Below the pieces are notes generated by a model, which had not been told where the DNA came from, ran no database searches, and saw only the letters and a list, made by a program, of their open reading frames with translations. This document shows, in pieces, positions 48,750-58,824 of a stretch of 64,000 nt of DNA; within the stretch, counting starts at the first letter, position 1, and each line of letters begins with the position of its first letter. The translations under genes and the position numbers were made by a program. The DNA lies in the NCBI GenBank assembly GCA_031426555.1, contig JANPLN010000065.1, forward strand, positions 1-64,000, in the 5' to 3' direction. The DNA is from Bdellovibrionales bacterium (GTDB lineage Bacteria; Bdellovibrionota; Bdellovibrionia; Bdellovibrionales; JAGQZY01).

Positions 48750-49106
48750 GTGTTTATGAAAGCAGTTTTAGGTCTATTGATGGTTTTTGGTGTTAATGCG
48801 GCAAATGCCGATGCCGTTCTTTGTGATAACGAAGTGGTCATTCAAGCCGTGCAAAAAGTGATGGAAAGTATCGATGCAGAGAGCAAAGCTCTTGCTGGAA
48901 TCAGCGTTGTAGCTGATCAGCCGGTGCGCGCTTTAGCGGGCTTGGCAGATGGTTCGGGCATGAGTGTTGATACATTTACAGTTGGCGTAAAGGCCACCAA
49001 CGGAAGCGAAACCGTTTCTTACAAAGTTCAATTGAGCGTTGAGTTTAACAATGCAGATGGAACTTGCGATTACATCAAAAAAACAACTCAAATCGCCGTT
49101 CAGTAA
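48750..49106 (+). CDS. Small secreted protein
   Basis: AAGGAG RBS, signal peptide ending ANA. Confidence 0.7.
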   Translation: MFMKAVLGLLMVFGVNAANADAVLCDNEVVIQAVQKVMESIDAESKALAGISVVADQPVRALAGLADGSGMSVDTFTVGVKATNGSETVSYKVQLSVEFNNADGTCDYIKKTTQIAVQ

Positions 49107-49124
49107 CTATTTGGAAAACTTGTA

Positions 49125-49149
49125 GCCTCTAAATTAATTATTTAGAGGC
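49125..49149. terminator. Hairpin between convergent genes
   Basis: GCCTCTAAAT-N5-ATTTAGAGGC. Confidence 0.45.
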
Positions 49150-49171
49150 GCACGCCCTCAGAAGCCCTGTT

Positions 49172-49414
49172 CTAGGACCCGCTCAGTTTTAAGACGGTTA
49201 CGGCAACTGCCACGACCGCTGTCACTAAAGCACCCAACTTAATAATAAGTCTGTACTCAAGCTTTTGCATTTCGTCTTTAATCTCTTTTACATCTTGTTT
49301 TGTAGCCAATTCGCCCTCAATGATTTCTGCGATTATAGTTACGTGCGCCTCGGCGTGCTCGCGAGATATCCCAACCGCTTCTAAGATCTTACTATAGCGT
49401 AATGTATTGAACAT
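49172..49414 (-). CDS. DUF1640/CCDC90-like small coiled-coil membrane protein
   Basis: GGAGG RBS; MFNTL...LEAVG...AEA...LATKQD...IIKLG plus C-terminal TM. Confidence 0.8.
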   Translation of the reverse strand: MFNTLRYSKILEAVGISREHAEAHVTIIAEIIEGELATKQDVKEIKDEMQKLEYRLIIKLGALVTAVVAVAVTVLKLSGS

Positions 49415-49595
49415 AAATAGCCTCCTTTTTAATTTCGTAGATGCAAAAAAGTGCAGCCAGCCGCTGGCTGTTTTAAAGACAAATGCGTCAGATGATGCGG
49501 TTGCCGGAGCTAATTTAGGATTTGCTGCATAAAGTCTTTTAAATAGGAAGCTCACTGCTATGCTTTCCCCTTAATGTTCTTTTAAGGGGAGAATT

Positions 49596-50243
49596 ATGAA
49601 GTCTTTATTTTATTCATTTTTATTTATTTTGTGTGTGACCGCGTGTTCGAGCTCCAGTGACGGTGGCGGCGCAGCTGGTCCTAAAATTACCAATTCAAAA
49701 CCTGGTGCAGGTCGCATTTTTGTGATGGGTGACAGTCTCGCCTATGGAACTGGATCCACAGTTGATGCGTACACGCCTCAAGGCTGTTTCGCACAAGCAT
49801 TCTTAGGAGATAAAATTTATAACGTCGCGATACCAGGATTAACAAGTGATGGTCTTGTGGACAACGTTCCCTACTATCTTGGTCAATCTCCAAAATTGGC
49901 GTTTATCAGCACCGGTGGAAACGACGCACTTTCTGAATATTCCCAACCCGGTTCGTACCCGGCAGATAAAAGTGTTCGTGAACTCAAGCGAATCATTCTG
50001 CAATTACAAAATGTAGGAGCGGTGGTTGTGTATTTAGCCATCAACCCACCGTTTGATCCAGCGGCTTCCAAGCGATTGCAAGATATGGCAAAAGTAGCTC
50101 GCGAAAACGGCGCAGTTATCGTTGACGGAATGGCTGGCCTTTGGAATTCAGCAAAAATGCATGATCAATTCCATCCCAACGACGAAGGGTACGAAGTGAT
50201 GTGCGATCGCATTATCAACGCAGTGTCTGCGCATTATCCTTAG
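49596..50243 (+). CDS. SGNH/GDSL hydrolase lipoprotein
   Basis: GDSL, GGND, DQFHPN. Confidence 0.9.
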   Translation: MKSLFYSFLFILCVTACSSSSDGGGAAGPKITNSKPGAGRIFVMGDSLAYGTGSTVDAYTPQGCFAQAFLGDKIYNVAIPGLTSDGLVDNVPYYLGQSPKLAFISTGGNDALSEYSQPGSYPADKSVRELKRIILQLQNVGAVVVYLAINPPFDPAASKRLQDMAKVARENGAVIVDGMAGLWNSAKMHDQFHPNDEGYEVMCDRIINAVSAHYP

Positions 50244-50331
50244 AGTGTTGAGGGAAGCGCATTGCTCGGTCTTTGGTCTAGGGAGAGTCTCTCTCTAGAC
50301 AGCTTCCCAGTGTCCGTGGGACAATCAAAAA

Positions 50332-51420
50332 ATGTTGAAAGACAAATCTCAAGAAGTGTTGCTGGTTGTGTTTGCGCTGATCGTTTTTGGTTTGATCCAG
50401 GTGTATTCCTCGAGCTTTATTTTTGCCCACGAAAAATTTGGCGACGGTCTCTATTTTTTTAGACGGCAGTTGGTTTTTGCAGCGGTTGGTTTTATTTCCA
50501 TGATCGCTCTTTGGCGCGCTCCCTCTCGGTGGATCGAAGTGCTGGGAATTTACTTAGCACCACTGGCTATCATCGCATTGTTTTTAACCATCGTTCCCGG
50601 AATTGGCATCAGAGTGGGTGGCTCCACGCGGTGGTTGCCAGGCTTAATGGGTGTGCGCATTGAGCCCTGCGAAATTTACAAAGTGGCGTTGCCATTTTTG
50701 CTGGCGATCTTTTTTGCTTATGATCAGGAGCGATTGGGCCGGTGGAAGTGGGTCGTTCGCAGCCTCACAATCATTCTTCCTCTGGTTATTTTTATGCGCC
50801 AACCCGATTTTGGCTCGTTTACCATGTGCATTCTGGTGATTGCCACCGTGATTTTTGTTTTTGGCTTTCCGTGGAAATATTTAGCCGCATCAGCCGTGCT
50901 TGCAATGCCGCTATTTTATTTTTTGGTGATGAGTGTTCCTTACCGCAAAGCGCGTTTGATGACTTTTATCGACCCGTGGCAAGATCCCAATGGCAAAGGG
51001 TTCCAAGTGATTCAAAGCATGCTCACGTTTAACTCGGGCGGCTTGTTTGGTGCGGGCTTGGGCGACGGGCAGGGCAAATTATTCTTTTTACCAGAGGCGC
51101 ACACCGATTTTACTTTAGCTGTTTTGGGAGAAGAGTTGGGCTTTTTGGGATTTTTTACTTTGATGCTCGCTTACGGCTATTTAGTGATTCGCGGTTTACA
51201 AGTGGCCCACCGAGTGGAATCGTTGTTTTTTAAAGTTCTTTCTTTGGGGCTTGTGGTTTGTTTTGCCTACTCCGTGATGATTAACACGGGCGTGGTTTTA
51301 GGGTTGCTGCCAACAAAGGGACTCACTCTCCCGTTTTTGAGTTACGGTGGGGCGTCTTTAGTAATGTCGTGTGTCCTTTTTGGAATCTTATTGAACATCC
51401 AACGCCAGTGTCGTACTTAA
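50332..51420 (+). CDS. ftsW: SEDS peptidoglycan polymerase FtsW
   Basis: QPDFG, LPEAHTDF, EELG, LPFLSYGG; directly upstream of murG. Confidence 0.95.
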   Translation: MLKDKSQEVLLVVFALIVFGLIQVYSSSFIFAHEKFGDGLYFFRRQLVFAAVGFISMIALWRAPSRWIEVLGIYLAPLAIIALFLTIVPGIGIRVGGSTRWLPGLMGVRIEPCEIYKVALPFLLAIFFAYDQERLGRWKWVVRSLTIILPLVIFMRQPDFGSFTMCILVIATVIFVFGFPWKYLAASAVLAMPLFYFLVMSVPYRKARLMTFIDPWQDPNGKGFQVIQSMLTFNSGGLFGAGLGDGQGKLFFLPEAHTDFTLAVLGEELGFLGFFTLMLAYGYLVIRGLQVAHRVESLFFKVLSLGLVVCFAYSVMINTGVVLGLLPTKGLTLPFLSYGGASLVMSCVLFGILLNIQRQCRT

Positions 51421-51425
51421 ATCCT

Positions 51426-52514
51426 ATGTCTACCATCGTGATCACAGGTGGCGGTACAGGTGGTCATATTTATCCTGGACTCGCTATCGCTCAAGCCCTG
51501 CAAAAAAATAATCCCGCCTTAAAAATTCATTTTGTGGGAGCGCAAGGTGGCCTGGAAGAAAAAATCTGGGCACAGTATGCGTATCCTTATCATTTGATTC
51601 AGGTGGGTCGCTTGCACTCGTCGGTGGGTCGCTTACAACAACTTAAGACGATGCTGCAGATGCCATTTTCGCTGATGCATGCAGCTTGGATCTTTTTTAA
51701 AATTCGGCCGCAGCTTGTGTTGGGAGTGGGCGGTTTTGCATCGGGACCGTTTATTGCCATTGCCAAAATCTTTGGCGCAAAAACCGCGCTCTGGGAAGCC
51801 AATGCCTACCCGGGCCTCACCAATCGATTGCTGGCGCGCTGGGTGGATACAAACTTTATTGTTTTTGCCGAGGCAAAAAAATATTTAACGTCCGCTAATA
51901 TCATCGAAGCCGGTATGCCTGTGCGCTCCGAGTTTTTTATAGAGAGCGAAAAAAGTGTGACTTCGCAAGGAGCCAGACCCCGTCTTCTAATTTTTGGCGG
52001 AAGCCAAGGAGCACGGGCTATTAACGACGGCGTTTTACAATTTTTAAAAACCTATCCAGATATTCTCGATCAGCTGTCCATCAAACATCAAACCGGTGCG
52101 CGCGATTTTGAGCGCATGAAAACCGAGTATGGTGTGCTTTCGGATAAAATCGAACTCGTCGAGTACATTCACAATATGCCGCAGGAGTTACAGCGCGCCG
52201 ATATGGTCATCTGCCGATCCGGCGCGAGCACCGTGGCCGAAGTGATCTCGTGTCGCAAACCCGCCATTTTTATACCGCTGCCCACCGCCGCCGACAATCA
52301 CCAGTACAAAAATGCCAAGGTGATTGTGGATCAGCACGGGGCTTTTTTACTGGAGCAAAAAAACCTCACGCCGCAAAGCTTGCACGCCATCCTGCAAGAG
52401 TTTTTGCAAAATCCGCAAAAGCTGCAAACGATGAAGCAAAATTTAGAAAAATTTGATTTTTCAAATTCAACGCAGGTGATCGCGCAGTCGCTACTCAAGG
52501 AAATCAACATATGA
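51426..52514 (+). CDS. murG: Lipid II GlcNAc transferase
   Basis: GGGTGGHIYP, GGSQGA, RSGASTVAE, HQYKNA. Confidence 0.96.
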   Translation: MSTIVITGGGTGGHIYPGLAIAQALQKNNPALKIHFVGAQGGLEEKIWAQYAYPYHLIQVGRLHSSVGRLQQLKTMLQMPFSLMHAAWIFFKIRPQLVLGVGGFASGPFIAIAKIFGAKTALWEANAYPGLTNRLLARWVDTNFIVFAEAKKYLTSANIIEAGMPVRSEFFIESEKSVTSQGARPRLLIFGGSQGARAINDGVLQFLKTYPDILDQLSIKHQTGARDFERMKTEYGVLSDKIELVEYIHNMPQELQRADMVICRSGASTVAEVISCRKPAIFIPLPTAADNHQYKNAKVIVDQHGAFLLEQKNLTPQSLHAILQEFLQNPQKLQTMKQNLEKFDFSNSTQVIAQSLLKEINI

Positions 52515-53845
52515 AGTTTGCAAACTCGCAAGTGCATTTTTTAGGTATTGGCGGAATTGGAATGTCTGGAATCGCCGAGCTGTTGCACAAAATGGGCGCC
52601 ACCGTGTCGGGCACAGACATGAAAGAGAACGAGCAAACCAAACGTTTGCAGGCCATGGGTGTGAAAATTTACTTTGGCCATAAAGCCGAAAATATTCAGA
52701 ATTGCGATGTGGTGGTTTATTCCAGCGCCGTTAAACAGGACAACCCCGAGATGCTCGAAGCCAAACGCCGTTCCATTCCTCGCATTCCGCGCGCCGAGGC
52801 CCTCGCCGAGATCATGAACCTCAAACGTGGTTTAGCCATTGCCGGCACCCATGGAAAAACAACCACCACAAGTTTTGTTTCGTCGGTGTTTGTGCATTCC
52901 AAGCTCGAACCCACCATCGCAGTGGGCGGCCGCTTGGATTTAATAAAATCCACGGCGCTTTTAGGTAAAGGTGATTGGATGATTGTGGAAGCCGACGAAA
53001 GCGACGGAAGCTTCTCGCGTTTTAACCATGAAATCTGCATTGTGACCAATATCGACAACGATCATTTGGATTATTACAAATCCATGGAGACGTTAAAAAA
53101 AGCGTTTTATGATTTTGCCCTAAAGGTTCCTTTTTATGGAGCCGCTGTAGTTTGCGGCGACGATCCAATCATTCGCGAAATCTACCAGGATTTTCCGAAA
53201 AAAATCATTTACTACGGCCTAAATAAAAATAACGACTACTACATCGAGGGCAAAAACGGCGAGTATATGGTTTACGATAAACAGGGCAAAAATCTGGGCG
53301 CCATGAATTTGCAAGTGTCGGGCAGGCACAACGCTTTGAATGCGTTGGCTGCTGCCATCGCAAGTCATCTTGCCGACGTCCCGTGGAGTGAGTGCCTGCG
53401 CGGTGTGGGTTTATTTAAGGGCGTGGATCGCCGGTTCCAATTGCGCGGCGAAAAACACGGTGTACTGATTTACGACGATTACGGCCACCATCCCACAGAG
53501 GTCAAAGCGACCCTTCAGGCCTTTCGCGAAAAATACCCTACGCAAAAAATTTATGTTTTGTTTCAACCCCACAGATACTCGCGCACACAGTTGTGCTGGA
53601 AAGACTTCACACAGTCCTTCGCTGTGGCCGAAAAAGTATGGGTGCTGGACATTTACGCTGCTGGCGAAAAACCCATGGAGGGAATCACCGCACAACGATT
53701 GGCCACAGAGATCGATGGTAATCGCGGCGATTGGGTCGGTGTGTTTGCCACCGCAAAGGAAATGCTCACCAAAGAATGTAAACCGGGCGACGTGGTGGTT
53801 TGTTTTGGCGCCGGCGACGTAAACAAGTTCTACGACTTTATTTAG
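52511..53845 (+). CDS. murC: UDP-MurNAc:L-Ala ligase
   Basis: GIGGIGMSG, GTHGKTTT, EADESD, DDYGHHPTE. Confidence 0.97.
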   Translation: MKFANSQVHFLGIGGIGMSGIAELLHKMGATVSGTDMKENEQTKRLQAMGVKIYFGHKAENIQNCDVVVYSSAVKQDNPEMLEAKRRSIPRIPRAEALAEIMNLKRGLAIAGTHGKTTTTSFVSSVFVHSKLEPTIAVGGRLDLIKSTALLGKGDWMIVEADESDGSFSRFNHEICIVTNIDNDHLDYYKSMETLKKAFYDFALKVPFYGAAVVCGDDPIIREIYQDFPKKIIYYGLNKNNDYYIEGKNGEYMVYDKQGKNLGAMNLQVSGRHNALNALAAAIASHLADVPWSECLRGVGLFKGVDRRFQLRGEKHGVLIYDDYGHHPTEVKATLQAFREKYPTQKIYVLFQPHRYSRTQLCWKDFTQSFAVAEKVWVLDIYAAGEKPMEGITAQRLATEIDGNRGDWVGVFATAKEMLTKECKPGDVVVCFGAGDVNKFYDFI

Positions 53846-53894
53846 CCAGGTCCTTTTTGAACCATAACCTGGCACCGGATCCGAGGAGAACCAA

Positions 53895-54788
53895 TTGGAT
53901 TTTAAACAAAATTACAAGTTGGCAGAGCACACGTGGTGGAAAGTGGGGGGCAGTGCCGACTGGGCCGTCTTTCCACATTCAGTGGAAGATATTTTAGATG
54001 CCTGTCGATGGGCGCGCGAAAAAAAGCTTCCCATCACAGTGTTGAGCGGCGGCAGCAACGTTCTCGTGAGTGACGAGGGTGTTGTGGGTTTGGTGATTGT
54101 GCTTACGCAATTTTCAAAAATGGAAAGTGTGACTGTCGCGGGTCACAAAACCAGCGCGGTTTGCCAAGCAGGTTTGCCTAAATCTGAATTGTTGAAAGTC
54201 TTTATTAAACAACGACAAAGCGCCGCCATCTTTTTAGCCGGCCTCCCCGGCGACGTGGGCGGCGGTGTGGTGATGAATGCAGGTGTAGGTCACGAGATCC
54301 ATCCCAAAGAATTCTGCGAGATCGTAGAGTGGGTAGAATGGATTGATCTCGCGTCGTCAGATTTTGAAATCCTTCGAAAAAATAAATCAGAGCTAGAGTG
54401 GTCCTATCGAAAAACTAAGGGCTGGCAGCCAGGTATTATCACGCGCGTAGGGGTTGCGTGGGAAGAACCACCAGACGACACAGTGTTAAAGCGCCTCCAA
54501 GAGAGCAACAAACGACGGATAGCAACGCAACCGTTAAACTTGCCAAGTTGTGGTTCAGTTTTTAAAAATCCTCCGGGCAATAAATCAGGTCGCCTCATCG
54601 AAGAGTGTGGCCTCAAAGGCTACCAAGTGGGCGGCGCGCAGGTTTCTGAAAAGCATGCAAACTTTATCGTAAACATCGGCGGAGCCACGGCTAAGGATAT
54701 CGAAAGCGTGCGACAGCATGTTCAGTCCACCGTGAAATCACTTAAAGGCGTCGAGCTCGAGACCGAGTATATTTATTTAGGTCGCTGA
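53895..54788 (+). CDS. murB: UDP-N-acetylenolpyruvoylglucosamine reductase
   Basis: GGSNVL, MNAG, GSVFKNP, SEKHANFIVN; TTG start after GAGGAG. Confidence 0.95.
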   Translation: MDFKQNYKLAEHTWWKVGGSADWAVFPHSVEDILDACRWAREKKLPITVLSGGSNVLVSDEGVVGLVIVLTQFSKMESVTVAGHKTSAVCQAGLPKSELLKVFIKQRQSAAIFLAGLPGDVGGGVVMNAGVGHEIHPKEFCEIVEWVEWIDLASSDFEILRKNKSELEWSYRKTKGWQPGIITRVGVAWEEPPDDTVLKRLQESNKRRIATQPLNLPSCGSVFKNPPGNKSGRLIEECGLKGYQVGGAQVSEKHANFIVNIGGATAKDIESVRQHVQSTVKSLKGVELETEYIYLGR

Positions 54789-55436
54789 TCAGGCTGATAT
54801 AGCCAATAGGGCCCTAGAAAAAATCTCCCACTGACTTTTGATTTTGTCGACTAACTCAGGGTAAGCTGCACGCTCAGCAGCATCTTTAAGGATCTCGAGG
54901 CACCGCAGTTGCGGCGAGCTTCCATTTAATGAATGAGCTTCCGCCCATTCGGAAAACGATATGGTTTCATCGCTTTGTTGAAAGAATTCAACTTTCCAAT
55001 TTGGGTTTTGAGATAGCGAAAATAGATAAACCATTGCAGGATGATCCGGCTGAAATACTCCGAAAATCTCACGGGCGAGCTTGAGGTCGATAGATTCAAG
55101 GGGATTTAAAACAATTTGTTTTTTAAGAACGTAGGCGAACCCACATGATTTCCAGAACGTATCTACCATCGAAGTGCTCGCAGCGACTTCGGTGAACCAA
55201 CGCCATAGTAAATATTCAGAATCGTTTTTTTCAAGAGCAATAAAAGGTCCGATCATTTTAAACGGATATGGTGAGCTGGATGAGTCCCAATCCATTTTGA
55301 GGTCCGCAAATAGGCATTTGATTTCATTGTCATCGCCGTAGGCTTGATCGATGTGGTCATACATTTCTCGCACCGGTATTCCAGCTTCAAACAAAAGGGC
55401 GCCTTCAAAAAGAGCTAAGCAAACATTATTCATCAA
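54789..55436 (-). CDS. Hypothetical protein
   Basis: 215-aa ORF without a recognised motif. Confidence 0.55.
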   Translation of the reverse strand: MMNNVCLALFEGALLFEAGIPVREMYDHIDQAYGDDNEIKCLFADLKMDWDSSSSPYPFKMIGPFIALEKNDSEYLLWRWFTEVAASTSMVDTFWKSCGFAYVLKKQIVLNPLESIDLKLAREIFGVFQPDHPAMVYLFSLSQNPNWKVEFFQQSDETISFSEWAEAHSLNGSSPQLRCLEILKDAAERAAYPELVDKIKSQWEIFSRALLAISA

Positions 55437-55529
55437 TCTAGGGTATGAAATGTATAAAAGGTGGTCAATAGAATATGTGCTATGTTTTTTGATGCGAGCT
55501 TACTACCGCTACGGAAGTGAAATTGAGAT

Positions 55530-56201
55530 TTACCCCATTCTTAGTACCAGTAAATTAGCTATTTTGTTCAGTTGGAGATAGGGGCTTTCCACGAAAATAG
55601 CAGTCGTCTTGTTGTGAAATGAAAAATAAGAACAACCTCCCAAAGACTCTTTTAAACCGAACAGGAAGACTTCAACTGGTAATTTGTTGGTGGCTACGCC
55701 GTTTGCAGTAAAATATAAGCCCAAGGCACTAGCGCCTAGCCCTAACGCAATCAAAGCGAGTGATCCAATGAAGACAGAGTTGGTGTCTAACGAGAGATTT
55801 TTTGAAGAATGATCTTTTACAATGACTGTTTTAAAAAAAAGCATAAGCTCTCGATACAGGAGTATCCCCCCTAGCAATAGAATTGGGTACATTGGTGCAC
55901 CGCCCTCAAAGATAAAATTGATCATAAAATCCTCCTTGGTTATGTAAAGAATTAACCCCGTGATTGGAGCTAATAAAATTAAATGTTCTATTGTTGTGCG
56001 TGCTTTTTGATTCAATCGTTTCGTGGCGTTATAAAAACTCGTGTTGTGTATAGACGAAAATTCTTCGATCTCACTTTCGGTAAGCAGCATATCTCCTCTA
56101 TCATCGCAAACTGATAAATGATCTTCCAGTTCAACTTGTAAAAATAGCTTTTGGGGATAAGGAATATTTAGATCTTGAAGCTGTCTGAATATTTTGCTCA
56201 T
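55530..56201 (-). CDS. PadR-associated membrane protein, MotA/TolQ/ExbB-like segment, possibly 3'-disrupted
   Basis: FIFEGGAPMYPILL...GLKESL; coupled to padR. Confidence 0.55.
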   Translation of the reverse strand: MSKIFRQLQDLNIPYPQKLFLQVELEDHLSVCDDRGDMLLTESEIEEFSSIHNTSFYNATKRLNQKARTTIEHLILLAPITGLILYITKEDFMINFIFEGGAPMYPILLLGGILLYRELMLFFKTVIVKDHSSKNLSLDTNSVFIGSLALIALGLGASALGLYFTANGVATNKLPVEVFLFGLKESLGGCSYFSFHNKTTAIFVESPYLQLNKIANLLVLRMG

Positions 56202-56513
56202 GACGGCACCAGCTTCGTCGTTGCCTTATAAAATAGTACGAAGTCAGCGGTCTCTTGTGTTGCTTGCTGTTTCCCTAACTTGGTTAATCTATAGACTTTT
56301 CTTGGTCGAGCACTGTCTTCGTTTTCAATTTCAACAGTGACCAGATTATTCTTTTCTAATTTGTGAAGTATTGGATATAGAGAACCGAAAGCCATTTTGA
56401 AGAACCCATGTGATTTGTCTTCAATGTATTTTGCGACTTCGTAGCCATGCTTAGGTCCATCACTTAGGGCCATAAGAATTAAGAACTCGCCGTGCTTTCT
56501 TTTTTTTCTCCAA
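56198..56513 (-). CDS. PadR-family regulator, possible frameshift near the start
   Basis: GPKHGYEV, GSLYPILHKLE, RKVYRLTKLG; AGGAGG plus TTG at 56513 is one base out of frame; intact track ORF is 56198-56473. Confidence 0.85.
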
Positions 56514-56534
56514 TCTTCCTCCTATCAAGAACCT

Positions 56535-56562
56535 ATATATCTAGTAACTATATATATGTCAA
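56535..56562 (-). promoter_or_regulatory. Putative padR promoter and operator
   Basis: TTGACA on minus strand (56562-56557) beside imperfect palindrome ATATATCTAG-TAA-CTATATATAT. Confidence 0.55.
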
Positions 56563-56592
56563 CGATATATAAGGAGTGTTTCAAAATGAGTG

Positions 56593-57513
56593 TTACTTCC
56601 TACAGTCAGGTAAATTCCAAGCAATCGACTTTTCGATATACGTCATTAAGTAACGCATTCCATTTGGAATTGGTTTTGCCGCATCACGCGAATTTGTTTT
56701 GGAGGGGCTATTATACAAATGAACTCCATCTTGTCGAAACTCATTGTACTCATAATTTTGACCTTCAAAAAAGATGCCCGATTGGTCACGGGGCCCAAGA
56801 TTACCTTTTAGGTTTTCGACCATCCGGTGCATATCAATGATGTAACACTGGTGTTCAAGGCGACACTTTTTAATTAAAAATGAATTCACTTTTTGAGCGC
56901 ATTTAATTTTAGGTGGCTCCCAGCCAGCTTTTATAACAGCTGCCACTTTACTTTCGTCTTCGTAGGAAACGTTGCCAAGAAGAAGAGGGATTTTATTATT
57001 TTTCGCAAACAAGATAACATCCTCTGTTCGTTCCATTGCGTACTCTGCCCACGAACAATCATCGCCGTAAATTGTTGGCCAATACAAACCATCGATGCTG
57101 GCCAGTACAGTGGAATCTACAGCAGTCTGTTTCTGCGCAGGATCTTGAATGTAAGTTAAAAATTGGTCTGCTCCTACCGACGAGTGCTCCATAGTATTAA
57201 GAATTTCTGAGATATTTGTAACCTGAGGGTTAGAAACATATTGATGGGCTAACCGCGTGATGGGATCTGGATTGTTCCCCAAATGTTGCGAGCTTCTTCC
57301 TAACAACTGACTCATTTGTAGTTTTGTAAAGGCGGTCGTCGCATCAGATAAGTCTTGATAGCCGGCGCTGATACTCGCACCAAAAATAAAGGGTTTTCCT
57401 AATAAGCAGGCCATTTTTTCTTTTTGCGAAGCGAGATTAAAATCGGGATTGGATTGACCAAAAACGGCCCCAGAGTAGACGTAAATAAGCATCATAAATG
57501 CGTGAAATCTCAT
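56593..57513 (-). CDS. Secreted SGNH-like hypothetical protein
   Basis: Signal peptide; IFGASISAG and QDGVHL resemble SGNH blocks I and V. Confidence 0.6.
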   Translation of the reverse strand: MRFHAFMMLIYVYSGAVFGQSNPDFNLASQKEKMACLLGKPFIFGASISAGYQDLSDATTAFTKLQMSQLLGRSSQHLGNNPDPITRLAHQYVSNPQVTNISEILNTMEHSSVGADQFLTYIQDPAQKQTAVDSTVLASIDGLYWPTIYGDDCSWAEYAMERTEDVILFAKNNKIPLLLGNVSYEDESKVAAVIKAGWEPPKIKCAQKVNSFLIKKCRLEHQCYIIDMHRMVENLKGNLGPRDQSGIFFEGQNYEYNEFRQDGVHLYNSPSKTNSRDAAKPIPNGMRYLMTYIEKSIAWNLPDCRK

Positions 57514-57597
57514 AAAAGCTCCAAAAACGATTTCTAGTTTCTATAGAGCACTTTGTTTGCAAATGACAAACCATATCCGCGTTTTAGCAGTAACTAG

Positions 57598-58761
57598 CTA
57601 AAAACTCGTTTCTAAGTTACCTAACGCTTCTGACAGAGCTTGCTCGCCTTGGTTAAGGACAGCTTTTTGCCAGGCTTCGTCCTGCGGATTGAACAAGGTC
57701 TCGAAAAGTCTGCGAGTGTTTTGTTTATCCGCTTCGTTTGCGTAACCGTAGTGAAACCCTTGATTTTCGAGGACTGCGATCCACAAGGATTCCATGCCTC
57801 CCAAGAGGGTTTGGCTGTCCATAATGCCAAATTCAAAAACCATGGGGATGACGGTTTTTTGCGGGAGAGCTTTCCATGTCCAATCGATAAAATCGCCGTG
57901 GGTGGGATAAAAATCGGCGTCGTCTGCGGTGTCCACTTTAATATTGGGAAATATCTTTTTGAGGGAAGCGCGCTGTTGGGGACTTCGAAACTCTTCGCTT
58001 CCGTAAAAGTGCAATTTGCCGCGTTCGCCAAAGCCGGTGTGCAGATCTATGTGCAAAACTGTGGAAAAGTTTTGCGCAATATCTAGAATCCAGTTTTGCA
58101 CAATGCGGGTTTCGGCTTGAGGCTCTAAGCCCGAAAAGTAAAGACCTTTGGGGGAATCACTTTGCCCAGCGAGCGTGTTGAGGATCGCTCTCTTTCCATT
58201 TATTAAATAGTACCAACTGACTTTTAGAAAAAAGCCCCATTTGCTTAGTGGCGACGTGGAAGCGGGGGTTTGCGGTTCTAGCAAAGACTGCATATTTTGA
58301 TAGGCTTGATTTTTTGGTAACCCTTCAATAGAAAAGTTTCGGTTCAGATCCACATTTTGTGCATTGGTTCTGCGGAAATGCGAAAATCCGTGGGGATTTA
58401 AAATATGAATAAGCAGTAGACCGGCTTTTTGTGAGTCGCCTTGCCATTTTTGCAGAAAAATTCGTTGCAGGGCACTGCCCGTAAAGGCCTCGGCACCATG
58501 AATTCCCGAAGATAATATAAAGAGTGGCGCCGAGGGAGACGGGGCCGGCACAAAAACCGCCTGCAAAGAGTCTTTGACGAGTAGCTGAGCTTTAGGATTC
58601 TTCGAAAGAAAGGCATCCACTGTTTTTTGCCAGAGAAGAGTTTCCTCCTCTGCGCTCACAGAAAACCGAACGGGCGCCAATTCGCTGCTAAGACTCAACT
58701 GGGTGTATAAAACAATGATAAAAAATAAAGGGCTCATTGTTACTTCTCCTCGCGCTAGCAT
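57598..58761 (-). CDS. M14-like metallopeptidase (DUF2817-like)
   Basis: SGIHGAE, NPHGF, RRTNAQNVDLNRNF, IDLHTG. Confidence 0.85.
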   Translation of the reverse strand: MLARGEVTMSPLFFIIVLYTQLSLSSELAPVRFSVSAEEETLLWQKTVDAFLSKNPKAQLLVKDSLQAVFVPAPSPSAPLFILSSGIHGAEAFTGSALQRIFLQKWQGDSQKAGLLLIHILNPHGFSHFRRTNAQNVDLNRNFSIEGLPKNQAYQNMQSLLEPQTPASTSPLSKWGFFLKVSWYYLINGKRAILNTLAGQSDSPKGLYFSGLEPQAETRIVQNWILDIAQNFSTVLHIDLHTGFGERGKLHFYGSEEFRSPQQRASLKKIFPNIKVDTADDADFYPTHGDFIDWTWKALPQKTVIPMVFEFGIMDSQTLLGGMESLWIAVLENQGFHYGYANEADKQNTRRLFETLFNPQDEAWQKAVLNQGEQALSEALGNLETSF

Positions 58762-58824
58762 TGAACTCGAGCTTAAGGGCTAGCCTGGATTGTTTTTTTT
58801 CGATTTCAAAATTATTCTATTACT

